Positions 27,878-42,761 of a DNA stretch of 64,000 nt are shown in pieces. The position numbers were made by a program, and so were the translations under genes. Each line of letters starts with the position of its first letter. The stretch's first letter is position 1. Origin of the DNA: Eledone cirrhosa (lineage: Eukaryota); NCBI GenBank assembly GCA_964016885.1, contig OZ024741.1, positions 270,878,001-270,942,000 of the forward strand. Direction: 5' to 3'. The notes under the pieces were generated by a model. It did not search any database. It was not told where the DNA came from and saw only the letters and a program-made list of their open reading frames with translations.

Positions 27878-28469
27878 TTTTCTATATAGTTATAATAGTA
27901 AATAAATATTTATTATAATAGAATTCTAACAATTATTAGTAAATATACATAACATAAATATGTAACATAAACATAAGACTTATTTACGTTATATGGGCTC
28001 ATCCTTGGACAAGCTTCTTTCTTCGCTCTTTCTTCGCTCTATTTCTTCACTCTATTTCTACATATACTAATATTTTTTTCTCTCTCTTTTTCTCTCCGTT
28101 CTTCCCACAGCGTAATTTAAATAAACGGTTGTTTTTTTCAACTTTTCGGACATTCATTTGCATACTCACACATAACTTTGAATTACCCTTAATAAATTTT
28201 TCACTAGAGAGTCACTCCAATTTTCAACCGTCAAGGTTGTTTTCCACGGTTATGTCACTATTTATAAAACAAATTTTGTATTTTATTTGATGAAAGCGCA
28301 CCAAGAATGCCTTGATTGCCTTTGAAATATATATAATAAAATAATTATGGTTTTATAAATATAGTTTCCATTTATTAATATATTGAATATTTACTCCAGT
28401 AATCAGTTGAGTGCTCTATATCAGTTATAAACTTTTAAGTTGGAATCCCAACAAATTAAATATAACTTC

Positions 28470-28509
<40 letters not shown>

Positions 28510-28513
28510 GAAG

Positions 28514-28615
<102 letters not shown>

Positions 28616-28703
28616 ATGCGTAACAGGTCAATACACAATAAATATTTTTCATATATAAACGAAACTTCCTCGTTTTTTCTATTATATATATATATATATA
28701 CAT

Positions 28704-28778
<75 letters not shown>

Positions 28779-29033
28779 CATACATATACATATATATATA
28801 TATATACATATATATATAACAAATCAAGGTTTAGCAAATAGAGAAAAAGTTTTAAAATAAATTTTAAAAAGTTCGCTGTACTTACTACATGAACCCTTAC
28901 CGCGCGGTTTCAAATCCCAAAATAAATGGATAATCCAGGCGGACACCATTGAGAAGGGGATTCTCGTCAGAAGGTTCTTCTCGCTCGGAGAATATAAAAT
29001 TCCCGAGTTCAAATCACAAACTGGCGCCATACT

Positions 29034-29663
<630 letters not shown>

Positions 29664-29877
29664 GGAACCAGTAAGACCCCCGACAGCTGAGCTCAAGCGT
29701 TTCGACGGCTAATTCTGGACATATTAGTCCAGACATATGAGTCCAGAATTAGCCGTCGAAACGGCTTGAGCTCAGCTGTCGGGGTCTTACTGGTTCCTAT
29801 TACCCACTCTACTTACCTCAAGTATTGAGTACTTTGGTGCGTTATGGTCCACCTGGTTTCTTACCACATTTCCTTCG

Positions 29878-29934
<57 letters not shown>

Positions 29935-29949
29935 TATATATATATATAT

Positions 29950-30307
29950 ATATGATAATAATGGAGCTGCGCGTTGCAAATGGGATACATATGAAAAAGT
30001 AAGTCCTTCATCAGTGACCCTCCAACCGTCCCAGGCATTTCATCGCTTTAAGGGCCATATACCTCAGGTTGGTGCGAACAACGGCTAAAAAAAAGTCGTT
30101 GGGACACGTAAATAAAGGGGACGTTAGGGTGAACAAACAAAATGGTTTCGTTGCTTAAACCATTTTGTTTGTTCACCCTAACGTCCCCTTTATTTACGTG
30201 TCCCAACGACTTTTTTTAGCCGTTGTTCGCACCAACCTGGGGTATATGGCCCTTAAAGCGATGAAATGCCTGGGATGGTTGGAGGGTCACTGATGAAGGA
30301 CTTACTT

Positions 30308-30315
<8 letters not shown>
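29950..30315. mobile_element. Head-to-head palindromic mini-element (family of 43507-44405)
   Basis: Arms of about 160 bp inverted about 30150; flanked by (TA)n. Confidence 0.9.
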
Positions 30316-30358
<43 letters not shown>

Positions 30359-30689
30359 TATATACACATATATCTATGTGCATGTGAATGTCATAAAAGT
30401 TTTTCTTTGATAGCGAGTCTGTCATATGTTTATTGTATAAGAAACTATAGTATATGCTTGCAAATAAACCCCTATTATGCTTAACGCCATCTTAATGCTA
30501 AAGCCAATGAATTATAACCTGCCAAGTTCGTACTAAATGCAAATGAGCATTTCCAACCGATGTTCTTTATTTACTGTATGCAAATGAACATTATCAGCAA
30601 ATGTTCAATACACAAACTTTATATAGACTCTAGTCTATTTTTATCTCAGTATCCATTGAGTGAATGTCACTAATGAGAGATTAACGAAT

Positions 30690-31345
30690 CTTGAAACACC
30701 TGTCTGGCATCCTCAACGGCTACTGAGATATTCTGTGTTATGTTCGGAAATATCTCAGTAGCAATGGCTGGAATGAAAATCATTGTTGCGAAAACTGAGA
30801 CACTCGTCCTCTCAAGGAAGCCTGCGCAATGCACGCTACATGTGAATGGAGTTCCACTGAAGCAAGTAGAGAAGTTCAAGGATCTCGGTGCCTTGTTCAC
30901 AAGTGATAGAAAGCAAGAGGCTGAATTAAGTGAAAGAATTGCAGGAGATGGGTGCAGTAATGTGCCAGCTTCAGCATTCATCCATCAGAAAGGAGGTTGG
31001 CGTAAAACCAATAATTCACTTTGCGTGCCAACCGTTACCTATGGTCATGAATCTGGGTAATGACCGAAAGAATTCGATCGCGAATACAAGCGGCCGAAAT
31101 GGGATTCCTTCGGAGAGTCTTAGGAGTAACGTTACTCGATAGAGTGTGTAGCTCGGAGATCAGAGAGTCACTCCAAGTAGAGCCACTAATTCTCCGAATT
31201 GAGAGATCACAGTTCCGACATTATGGGCATATGTTTAGAATGTCTCAGGTAAGAATTTTACGGGCGAAACCAACTGGTAGGACACGCTAGAGGGAGTGTT
31301 TGAGGACTCTTCCCCCACGACCCTCTCAGGAATAAGTGGGCGTAA
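30690..31345 (+). pseudogene. RTE-clade LINE 3' fragment
   Basis: KTE..LKQVEKFKDLG, TYGHES, RIQAAEMGFLRRVLGVTLLDRV..IRESLQVEP..GH motifs across frameshifts. Confidence 0.9.
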
Positions 31346-31902
31346 AAGATCTTCACAACAAAAGAGAAAAATAATTTTTTTAAAACGGAAAAATATTAAT
31401 TCTTTGATAAGGAATCTCTGTATATAAACATATAGAAAATGTTTTCATATATAGCCCTATTATGCTTAACGCTATCTTAGTGCCACTCACAATTATATAT
31501 CTATATATACAATTGTTTAATGTTGGATGTATTAATGTCTGTTGATGACCATAATTAATTTGTGGGATGTATCAATAACTTTGATGCCTTTATTGGATGA
31601 TTTGATGATTGTTAAGTCGCTGATCATATTGAACTATTATTGATCGCCCTGATGAATTTGTTCATACTTTGCCACCCCATTACCGAATTCCATAGAGATA
31701 TACACCGCATGTTTAACCCCAGGTAACATTATGTAGGACAGTGACAGGCACGATGTTGCAGTATCATATATTGCGTGAAGAACCTCGTCGTGTGATTTCG
31801 TCAACATTCCAAAGGACGAGTTATTCTATATAACAAGCTGAATGAGTTGGGGTGTATATCCCAACGAAAATTAAGTATCGGTATATGTTACTGTTATAAC
31901 TG

Positions 31903-32010
<108 letters not shown>

Positions 32011-32124
32011 TAAGAGGAATTCCAACTTTGTCTGATTTACTCGTTTTATTTACAATCCTTTAAAATATATATAATGGTATTATAATGAAATAGTATGATA
32101 GAATATTAAATTCTAAGTGTTAAT

Positions 32125-32163
32125 TGAACAAGTACTTTCATGCTTTCGCAATCTTCAGGTTCA
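32125..32163 (-). ncRNA. Minimal type I hammerhead ribozyme
   Basis: Reverse complement: TGAAC CTGAAGA t-TGC-gaaa-GCA-t GAA AGTACT T GTTCA. Confidence 0.85.
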
Positions 32164-32233
32164 TGATGTGGTGACAGTCGAGTTTGCAATTTTCAACTGT
32201 GAAAATTGCAAACTCGACTGTCACCACATATCA

Positions 32234-32272
32234 TGAACCTGAAGATTACGAAAGCATGAAAGTACTTGTTCA
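32234..32272 (+). ncRNA. Minimal type I hammerhead ribozyme (one stem II mismatch)
   Basis: TGAAC CTGAAGA ttacgaaagcat GAA AGTACT T GTTCA. Confidence 0.75.
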
Positions 32273-32346
32273 ATTAACACTTAGAATTTAATATTCTATC
32301 ATACTATTTCATTATAATACCATTATATATATTTTTCATTTTTTTC

Positions 32347-32419
<73 letters not shown>

Positions 32420-32518
32420 TATTGAAGTCTCCGTTGAAAGTTGGAAAAGTCATAGGAGTGAAGAGTGCTCTATGTAAGTCCCAGAGCAAAATTTAATGTA
32501 TAATAAACAATACAATAT

Positions 32519-32596
32519 AATTACCTCATTACCAGAGGTTTCCCGAATAAGACGAATACGAAAAACGTCCTCATTCGTTCGTCGGACGAGGCAATT
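32519..32596 (-). ncRNA. Type I hammerhead ribozyme, CCGACGA core variant
   Basis: Reverse complement: AATTGCCTCGT CCGACGA a-CGAATGAGGACG..CGTCTTATTCG-g GAA ACC-tct-GGT A ATGAGGTAATT; 11-bp stem I. Confidence 0.8.
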
Positions 32597-35164
32597 TAAA
32601 ACATAGGGAAATATTTGGAAAGTCTCCTCAAGAAATGCAAAAAATATATAAATAAAAATATATAAATAAAAATAAATAAATAAATAAATAAAAGTAATGC
32701 AAGAGATATATAAAAAAAATATTAAAAAATATATAAAAAAATATAAGGAAATATAGTTAGGGTATGTGTATATGTATGTATATACACTCACAAATGTTCA
32801 TATGTGTGTATGTACAAATGCATGTGTATGGTGAAAATGTGTGCGTAAGTACATATATGAGGGCAAGTATATTTGTGTATATGTGACCACAAATACGTAT
32901 ATAATATGAGTTGAAAAAGAAATTGTATGATAATATAGTTGACACGCATCCAGATACAGGTATTAAATACACATACGAGTATGAAAGCACGGGTATAAAC
33001 ACACACACACGCGCGGTCAGTTATATGCGGAAGATAAAGAGGGAAGGGAGTGTAATAGTAAAAAAGAAGTGTCATTCTCGATATATGTATAAAAATGAAA
33101 CAATATATGAGAATGAAAAAATGTTTAAATCAAAGAGAAAGTAATCAATTAACACTAGACAAAAGAAAACAAACATAGCTACGCACGTACAAACACACAT
33201 ATATATATAAAAACAAATTTATACACACAAATACGTACAGACAAAAGCGCATGCATGCGTACATACACACGAGGCACCTATATATATATATATCGCCCCA
33301 TGTACGTACGCGACTATATATATATACACATATACATACACACCCGTACATACATATACATATATACACATATACATACACATACACATACATTCACCCG
33401 CATACACACATACGTAAAAATAAGAATGTAAAAAACAGATATAAAAAAACATAGATATAAAAACACACATACACACACATATATTTACGTACGCACGCAC
33501 ACATACGGAGGCGTTCGTATACATATACAGAACGTATACACACATAAGCACACTCAGACACATAGATACAGATTATAAATCAGCCATATGAATAAATGAG
33601 TACAAATATAAAATCGGCTGCGAAACAACAGAATATATCTGGAGTGGACAAACGCAAGTGAGATGTGGTATCAGGTAGTGAAAGAAAATGGGGAAGTAAA
33701 ATGTGGAATGTAAAGATATTAGGTAAGTGATCGAAAAGTAGGGGGCGGGGGGGTTACTGGTGGATGTAAAGTAAAAATAAAAATAAAATTTAAAATAAAA
33801 TTAAAAATGAAAGTAAATCAGAAAGAGAAGTCTGTAAAGAGGATAATTTAAGGAAAGTGAAGAATAAGAGTTTATGGAGGCTAAGTATCTGAAAGTGAGT
33901 TAAACAATACTAACTCTTTTAAACATAATAATAGGAAAAGAAAAATAATCTGGTTCACATACCCTACTCTCTAGCAGTTAAAACTAATGTAGGCAAAACA
34001 TTCCTAGAGCTCTTAGATAAACATTTCCCTAGAACACATAGATACTATAAGATCTTCAATAGAAACTATGTCAAAATTAGCTACTCCTGCGGTACCCCTA
34101 TTAAATCTTATATCATCAATAAGAAATCACCCAGACAACATCAAAATTGCTCCTGTCGAGTCAAGAGTGAATGCCCATTACAAGGTAAATGCAACACCAA
34201 AGCCATTGTATATGCGGCTAAAGTGACAACCATCAGCAACAACCAACCAGCCACCAGCGAACGATATGTGGGTATGACACAAGACAAATTCAAAACGCGT
34301 TATTACTCACATGTCGCATCTTTCCGACATCCAAAAAAAAGATTCACAACAGGTCTGGCTAGCAGAATATGGGATTTGAAAGACCAAGGTATCCAATATA
34401 AATTGGATTGGTCAATTTTGAACCAATCTAAAGAATATGCAAGAGGAACAAGAAGATGTACACTCTGCATAAGTGAAAAATATTGGATTTTACAGAACCT
34501 TAAATCACCAAAACCCTGCCTAAATACAAAAACAGAAAGTTTCACCAGTTGCCCACACATGAAATCACACTTGCTTTCCAGCTCATATAAACTTAACTCA
34601 CTTTCAGATACTTATCCTCCATAAACTCTTATTCTTCACTTTCCTTAAATTATCCTCTTTACAGACTTCTCTTTCTGATTTACTTTCATTTTTAACTTTA
34701 TTTTTAATTTTATTTTAATTTTTATTTTTACTTCACATCCACCAGTAACCCCCCGCCCCCTACTTTTCGATTCACTTACCTAATATCTTCACATTCCACA
34801 TTTTACTTCCCCATTTTCTTTCACTACCTGATACCACATCTCACTTGCGTTTGTCCACTCCAGATATATTCTGTTGTTTCGCAGCCGATTTTATATTTGT
34901 ACTCATTTATTCATACGGCTGGTTTATAATCTGTATCTATGTGTCTGAGTGTGCTTATGTGTGTATACGTTCTGTATATGTATACGAACGCCTCCGTATG
35001 TGTGCGTGCGTACGTATATATATGTGTGTGTATGTGTTTTTATATCTATGTTTTTTTATATCTGTTTTTTTACATTCTTATTTTTACGTATGTGTGTATG
35101 CGGGTGAATGTATGTGTATATGTATGTATATGTGTATATATGTATATGTATGTATGGGTGTGTA

Positions 35165-35225
<61 letters not shown>

Positions 35226-35945
35226 GCGTACGTACGTGTGATTAGATATACATGGGGCGATATATATATATATATACGTGCCTCGTGTGTATATATGTAC
35301 GCATGCATGCGCTTTTGTCTGTACGTATTTGTGTGTATAAATTTGTTTAATATATATACGTGTTTGTACGTGCGTAGCTATGTTTGTTTTCTTTTCTCTA
35401 GTGTTAATTGATTACTTTCTCTTTGATTTAAAAATTTTTTCATTCCCATATATTGTTTCATTTTTATACATATATCGAGAATGACACTTCTTTTTTACTA
35501 TTACACGCCCTTCCCTCTTTATCTTCCGCATATAACTGACCGCGCGTGTGTGTGTGTTTATACGCGTGCTTTCATACTCGTATGTGTATTTAATACCTGT
35601 ATCTGGATGCGTGTCAACTATATTATCATACAATTTCTTTTTCAACTCATATTATATACGTATTTGTGGTCACATATACACAAATATACTTGCCCTCATA
35701 TATGTACTTACGCACACATTTTCACCATACACATGCATTTGTACATACACACATATGTACATTTGTGAGTGTATATACATACATATACACATACGCTAAC
35801 TATATTTCCTTATATTTTTTTATATATTTTTTAATATTTTTTTTATATATCTCTTGCATTATTTTTATTTATTTATTTATATATTTTTATTTATATATTT
35901 TTTGCATTTCTTGAGGAGACTTTCCAAATATTTCACTATGTTTTA

Positions 35946-36023
35946 AATTGCCTTGTCCAACGAACGAATGAGGACGTTTTTCGTATTCGTCTTATTCGGG
36001 AAACCTCTGGTAATGAGGTAATT
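35946..36023 (+). ncRNA. Hammerhead copy with G5A core mutation (CCAACGA), probably inactive
   Basis: Inverted twin of 32519-32596. Confidence 0.7.
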
Positions 36024-36064
36024 ATATTGTATTGTTTATTATACATTATATATATATATATATG

Positions 36065-36590
36065 CTAGCTGAATTACCCGCGCCTTGCTGCGTTTCACAC
36101 AAAAAAGTAGAAGCATTAACTAATAATTTTTGTTGTCATAATTCTACTGATGTTTTGCCATTGATAAAATGTCTAAATTAGTCAAATTTTACTATAAAAG
36201 AGAGGTGCTTTTTTTGTTGATTTATGTTTAATTAATAGAAAAACCCCGTGATAATAGAGGTTCCAATACTCAATTTATGGGCTTCCAAAATTTTCACTAT
36301 AGGGGGTTTAACCCCCTTTAGGGTCTCTTAATATTATTGAATTTTGCTGAAATTTTGTGAATAGGCGTCATATGTCATTTACCGATCGTTTAAATTTCAT
36401 ATAAATCGAAGGGAAACATTTTCAGAGGGGGGTTTGTGTCCCGGGGAACCCTTTGATTAAAATGAAATATACTTATCCAAGTACCCTGGGCAATATAGTT
36501 TCAGAATATATATGGTTATAGGGGTCTATCTCCAAAACCGTAGGAGGAGATCGTGAACAAACAGATAGGAACTACAACTTTATATATATA
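36065..36590 (-). mobile_element. Non-autonomous Helitron-like element
   Basis: CTAG at the left end next to GC-rich CCCGCGCCTTGCTGCG; the other end is ACTTTATATATATA. Confidence 0.55.
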
Positions 36591-37363
36591 TATATATAAC
36601 GAAGGAAGTGTGGTAAGGAACCAGGTGGACAATAACACACCAGAGTACTCAATACTTTGGGTAGTAGAGTAGGTAATAGGAAAATGTTCAAGATCCCGAC
36701 GGCAGAGCTCAAGCTGTTTCGACGGCTATTTCTGGACTAAATTAGATTTTTAGCGTGGTAGTAAATAGCCGAACTTTTCAAGGGGCAATTCCTTATATGG
36801 GCGTGCGATAAAGATGTATATCTGAAGATTGTAGTTGTCAAAAGGATTGGTCAAAATTTCTTGTAAACACAATTAAATCTTTCATGGTGGTGGGTGGGGG
36901 TGGGGGTGGCTGAACTTACCTGTAGAACAATGAGGGAGTGGGTTAAGCCGGTCAAACGTTAAAAGTGAATTCTAAACAGCAAATTCTAAGGAGTGTGGAA
37001 GAATTAGGCTAGCTAGAAAGCAGGCGAATAAAGAATTCTAGAGGAATCTGAGAGTGGGAAGTTATAAAATTAAAAAATTAATAAGTTAATAAATTAAAAT
37101 AAAAAAAAAATAAATAATATGAAAAAAATTAAATAATAAAAAATAATAAAAACTAGCGTCTAAAACAGCTGCTATATTTTTAGCTGGTATTGCGTTTTCG
37201 GCCAATGCATATAGAATTTACGGGGGTGGGGTACTGAGGCTACAAAAGCCCGATGGGCTGCCTCAGGGTAAGCGAAATAGGAAAGGGAGTGGAAGGAAGA
37301 GGAAAGGGAGTGGAAGGAAGTGAAAAGAAGAGATAAAGGGAAAAAAGAAAAGAATTACATTTA

Positions 37364-37397
<34 letters not shown>

Positions 37398-37405
<8 letters not shown>

Positions 37406-37664
37406 TAAACGGAAAAGAAAATGCTGACAAATTGTTCACAGTGAAAAATAGTTTAATTAGGAATAAGTGAGAATTAGTAATAGTATTGGTTAGTATTCAG
37501 TTTTGGTTTTAAGTTTTACCGGTTGCGCATTTCTAATGCGCAACCGGTAAAACTTAAAACCAAAACTGAATACTAACCAATACTATTACTAATTCTCACT
37601 TATTCCTAATTAAACTATTTTTCACTGTGAACAATTTGTCAGCATTTTCCGTTTACCAATATAT
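37398..37664. repeat. Palindromic mini-element, arms about 130 bp
   Basis: Centre ACCGGTTGCGCATT-tct-AATGCGCAACCGGT. Confidence 0.92.
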
Positions 37665-37783
37665 CATAACTTGTGTGTTACACATCTATTCTTTTAAAAA
37701 AAAAAAAAATATATATATATATATATATATGTGAAATATGTTTTGAAACAGTGAGCAGGTTTGAAATTAGAAAATAGAATAGT

Positions 37784-37955
37784 TTTCACCGTATTTTTTT
37801 ACTAAAGATATTTTAGTCTGATAACGGGGTTTAGAACCCTCAGATAAATGGAAAAAGATGAGTATTGACGTCAATACTCATCTTTTTCCATTTATCTGAG
37901 GGTTCTAAACCCCATTATCAGACTAAAATTTCTTTAGTCAAAAAATACGGTGAAA
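37784..37955. repeat. Palindromic mini-element, arms about 83 bp
   Basis: Centre GAGTATTGACGTCAATACTC. Confidence 0.9.
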
Positions 37956-37956
37956 G

Positions 37957-38523
<567 letters not shown>

Positions 38524-38574
38524 AAATATATATATATATATATATATAAATATATATACATACACATATATATG

Positions 38575-38695
<121 letters not shown>

Positions 38696-39162
38696 TTTTT
38701 TTTTAAAATTAAAATAACATTATTTCAAGCCCCAGGTTATCTCTACACTATATATAATGTACCCCATGACAGCTTTCACATGTCAATTTCAGACATGTGT
38801 TTCGTATCAGTTCGTTTTACATGCTAAAGTCATCAGTATACTCTATTTCTTACTTAGATTGTTGTTGTGATTGTTTTAACTATTTACTATCTAGCTAATT
38901 TATTTGAGTATTGTTATTATTGTTCTGATTTAATGCCACTACTATATATAGAAGCCATGCCTGTGTATATCCTTCATTCTCGCATGCTCTGATGAATACA
39001 CTGGTTGTAACAAAGTATTGGTGATCGATTGACGCAAAAACAGGTGGGTAGCGATCTCTAGACCTACCAGTTCAGAGAAATAATTGTCAGCAATGTGAAT
39101 AAAGCCCTTATTGTATAGCAAGCCATGTCAATCTTCTTTCTTGATTTATTATATATATATAT

Positions 39163-39760
39163 GTGTGTATTCATATACATACTAGTATTTCAGTATACAT
39201 ATATGGATGTACATTTTTAACTTAATTGTTTAAGCGTCAGTCATACAAAAGTGAGTTACAAACGAAACGAAATTTAATTTCGTTTCGTTATTTGTTTTTA
39301 TCGTCTCCGTTGAACCGGTACGTACTCACACTCTCTACAAATTAGTCTGCCCACTACTAATTTTCATAGAAAAAGCATATAACGATATGTGCTTTTACGA
39401 TTCTCCAGAAAGGCCGGTAGATAGGTAAATATTGCTGATGAGTTGTAACAACAACGAAACTAGTTCAATATTCCTTGTCTGGCTTTCTGGAGAATAGAGG
39501 AAAGGTGTTTCCTCAAAAACCAGTATGACTCTAAAAACCGGTTTGTCTGTGTGTTTACATACAGAATAGCTGGATACTCACAGTAAAGTAACCAGTGAAA
39601 GACTTGGTACATCTACATATGTATACGTGTGTGTATTCATATGCATACTAGTATTTCAGTATACATATATGGATGTACATTTTTAACTTAATTGTTTAAG
39701 CGTCAGTCATACAAAAGTGAGTTACAAACGAAACGAAATTTAATTTCGTTTCGTTATTTG

Positions 39761-39767
<7 letters not shown>
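39163..39767 (+). mobile_element. Retrozyme-like element: 1.3 copies of a 466-nt non-coding unit with one HHR
   Basis: 39163-39301 repeated at 39629-39767; (TA)n on both sides; no ORF. Confidence 0.8.
39428..39472 (+). ncRNA. Type I hammerhead ribozyme
   Basis: AATATTG CTGATGA GTTGT-aaca-ACAAC GAA ACTAGT T CAATATT; stem I extended by TTCTCCAGAAAG/CTTTCTGGAGAA. Confidence 0.93.
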
Positions 39768-39839
<72 letters not shown>

Positions 39840-39840
<1 letters not shown>

Positions 39841-42640
39841 ATGATATTCAATAAATGGAAACTATATTTATAAAACATATTTATTTTATTATATATATTT
39901 CAAGGGTACCAAGACAACATTGGTACGCTTTCATCAGATAAAATACAAAGTTTGTTTTATAAATAGAGACATACCCATGTAAATCATACCTTATCGGTTG
40001 GAAATTCACTGGATAGTGGAAATATATTAGGGATTATTCAAACTTATGTGTGAATATGCAAATGAATATGTAAATAATTGAAAAACAACCGTTTATTTAA
40101 ATGACACTGGAGTAAGAGAGAAAATATATAAGGGGATAAAGATAAAAAATATTACGAGAGAGATAGAGAGAAGAAATAGACAAGAGAGGATGAATAAAAC
40201 TCATATAACGTTAATTTGGGGGAAATATATTCTAAGTATATATCTTAATAGTACGTGTATTTACGATTATTAATTGTTTAAAATTCGTTTCTAATATAAT
40301 ATTTTCTGTTTTAAGTAGATAAATAAATAAATAAATAAATAAATAAATGAATAGATGGGTATATCATGTTATAGATAATTGTTTTAATGAGTTATGAGGG
40401 ATATTGGTTTTGTATTTAATGTAAGTAAATATTAAGTTAAATTAAATTAAATTAACTGAGTTAATAAGAATATTTATATTTATATATTTTAAAATGGGAA
40501 GATACGGAAAAACTCCAGTTTAGTTTATTTATTCGTTAGTATGAGACTATTTAGTATAAATTTTGAAAGATATATTTAGCCAGAATCAGTTAGTGGTTAT
40601 AAATCTGAGAACATTTTTAAAAAAATAATTTATAGGAGATAAGTAATTTTTAAAAGAGATAAAAAATTAAAGAGATAATAAATAAAGAATTAAAAATTAT
40701 TAAGATTAAAATTACAATTAAAATTAAAATTAAAATTAAAATTAAAATAAAAAAAAAATTAGAATTATATATGTATATATTTTATGAAACTTTAAGAAGT
40801 GAAATTATAGCAAATATTATAGATATGATTTAGAGACATCAATATATTAAAACCAAGTGGATAAGATTGTTATTAGAAATATTATAAGTGTAATTATAAT
40901 TTATATATAGTTCTAAATGTTGAATTCAGGCGATGTCTACAAGAATTAAATAAATTCGTTCTTAGATTAATAGAGTTCTTACATTTAAGTATGAAAAAAA
41001 TTTCCTCAACAAACAATTTGCAGAATCTAGATAAAGCTGTGTTTCGGTACGCGGGTGCTTTCGAAATTATTTCCGAAGCTAATGAATAGTCCATATTCTT
41101 GCATTTTAAGTTCCATATCAAGTTTGAAAGAGAAGTTGGAGATTTTTTATCAACTCTTTTGAAAGAGCATTTGTGATTATTCCATCGACTTTTAAATTCT
41201 GTAGAAGTTGCACCTACATAGTTAAATATATTATCACTGGTTTTGACTGTACATTTATAGACCTCGTCCTTATCTAAACACTTATTTTGTAAAGGACAGT
41301 TTAATTTAATTCTACAGTTACATTTTGCGGAGTTGTTGGATATTGCTAGAGATATTACTGCTATTTTGGTTATTTTGGTTAGGGTTTAAATTTCTATTAT
41401 TGATTCTATTTATATTTTGTGCTATGTTCATAGTAGTAGAGTAGGATAGTTTTATAGTATGTCTGTTAAAGATTGAGTGGTATCTGTGGGCTTTAGGAAA
41501 ACATTTATCTAGAGCTTTAAAGAATAGCTTTGCTAAAGGTGTTTTAACGCTTAATGAGAATGGGGGTGAGTACCAAATAATATTTCTAGTTCTAGTTCTT
41601 CTGTTAGTTTTAGAGTTTAAGTTAGATTTTAATTATAATTATTAGTAGGGTTATTTGCTTTGTTACTGTTGTCGATGTATTTAATCTTATTTATATAGCC
41701 TGCTCTATTTAAAGCTTCATTATAATATTCTGCCTTATCGTCAAAAATGTTTTTATTAGCGGAGATGCGTGAAATACGTTGTTGGATAGATTTGACAATA
41801 GTGTTCTTGATAGATCTAGGATGATTAGAGTTAAAACTTACATAGTTTAGATTCTCATTAATTTTATGGAATGGATAGTAGAGCCCTGTGTTAAGGTTTA
41901 ATGTTACGTCTAAAAAGTTAACAATTTTATAGTTATTCTTTATTTCTAACTTAAGGTTGTAGCTATTGAAGAATTGTATTATGGATTTTCTTTTTCTATT
42001 AATTTCACAATTACTATGATTTTCAATTAAAAGCAGCATATCATCACGATATAAACCACCGGTAATCTCTGGTATTTTTCTATGCAGTGTATTATTAATA
42101 AATAGCCCCACAAGATCCGTTATTTGCGCCGAGTCTGATGACCCCATGGTGATATCAAAATTATTTTTTCTATCAGCTCTAGTCCAGAGATGATTGTTGA
42201 ATTCAATTAAAATTTTCCGTGCGGTTAAAATGATATGCATTTCTTCGCTAGATAAATCTGCATGTTTAGATGCATAGACAAGAGCTTTATTAAGTAAATT
42301 AGGAGTAATGGAGGAGTAGTAGTTTGTAATATCCAATTGAATTAATTTTTTGTTATGTTTAAATTTTATGTTATTGAACCAATCTATAACTTCGTTAGTA
42401 CCGTTCCATAGTTTTAGGTAAGATATTTCTTTAAGTTACGGTATGATTCTATCTAATATATGTTTACTAACTATGCCTAAGTCTGATTTAGATGGTGCTA
42501 TAAGTCTGACTGGTAGTTCTATTTCAAAGTTTCTTTTGTGGTCTTTCAGGTTAATTTTCGGCCATCTAGGTATAAAGGGTTCGGTCCTATTTTCGATGCC
42601 TAATTTATGAATTATTTCAGAAGCTTCTCTATTTACCAAG
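39840..42640 (-). mobile_element. Penelope-like element (Naiad-like RT motifs), 5'-truncated, frameshifted, 1-kb 3' UTR
   Basis: KDHK..PVRLIAPSKSDLG, DITNYYSSI, MGSSDSAQITDLVG, GGLYRDD, FLDVTLNL; CNCRIKLNCPLQNKC; YVGAT; CRHR. Confidence 0.92.
39882..39945 (-). ncRNA. Type I hammerhead ribozyme in the PLE 3' UTR
   Basis: Reverse complement: TATTTTAT CTGATGA AAG-c-GTACCAA..TTGGTAC-c-CTT GAA ATATATAT A ATAAAATA. Confidence 0.9.
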
Positions 42641-42761
42641 GGGGGGGGGGGGGCTTAGAAATGAAGTTGAACAGAATTGAAACATGGATTACAGGTTGAA
42701 ATATAGTCTAGATAGATGTGAAACAAAACGAGGATGTAGTTTATGGAACACCCAAATGATT

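Larger units (their letters stand above)
23731..28472 (+). mobile_element. Rearranged Penelope-like remnant (family of 39840-42640), split by tandem Helitrons
   Basis: GIY-YIG remnant CRIKSNCPLKNNCL..VVYKC..YVGST; 23790-23990 is an inverted EN piece; the AT-rich 3' UTR resumes after 27877 and matches the reverse complement of 39840-40890; degenerate HHR (TTGATGA) at about 28279-28343. Confidence 0.75.
32062..32335. mobile_element. 274-bp non-coding palindrome with two hammerheads
   Basis: Near-perfect inverted arms centred at about 32197, between (TA)n tracts. Confidence 0.92.
32495..36050 (+). mobile_element. 5'-truncated Penelope-like element (GIY-YIG only) with 1.4-kb inverted arms
   Basis: 33905-34624 encodes KISYSC..CSCRVKSECPLQGKC..IVY..YVGMT..FKTRY..CTLCISEK..CPH; 32495-33903 is the reverse complement of 34593-36050. 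Confidence 0.92.

Noticed and set aside
38985-39030. CTGATGA followed by an ATAC/GTAT stem
   Set aside because: No GAAA or stem III follows; the same applies to isolated CTGATGA/CTGAAGA at about 31649 and 36822.
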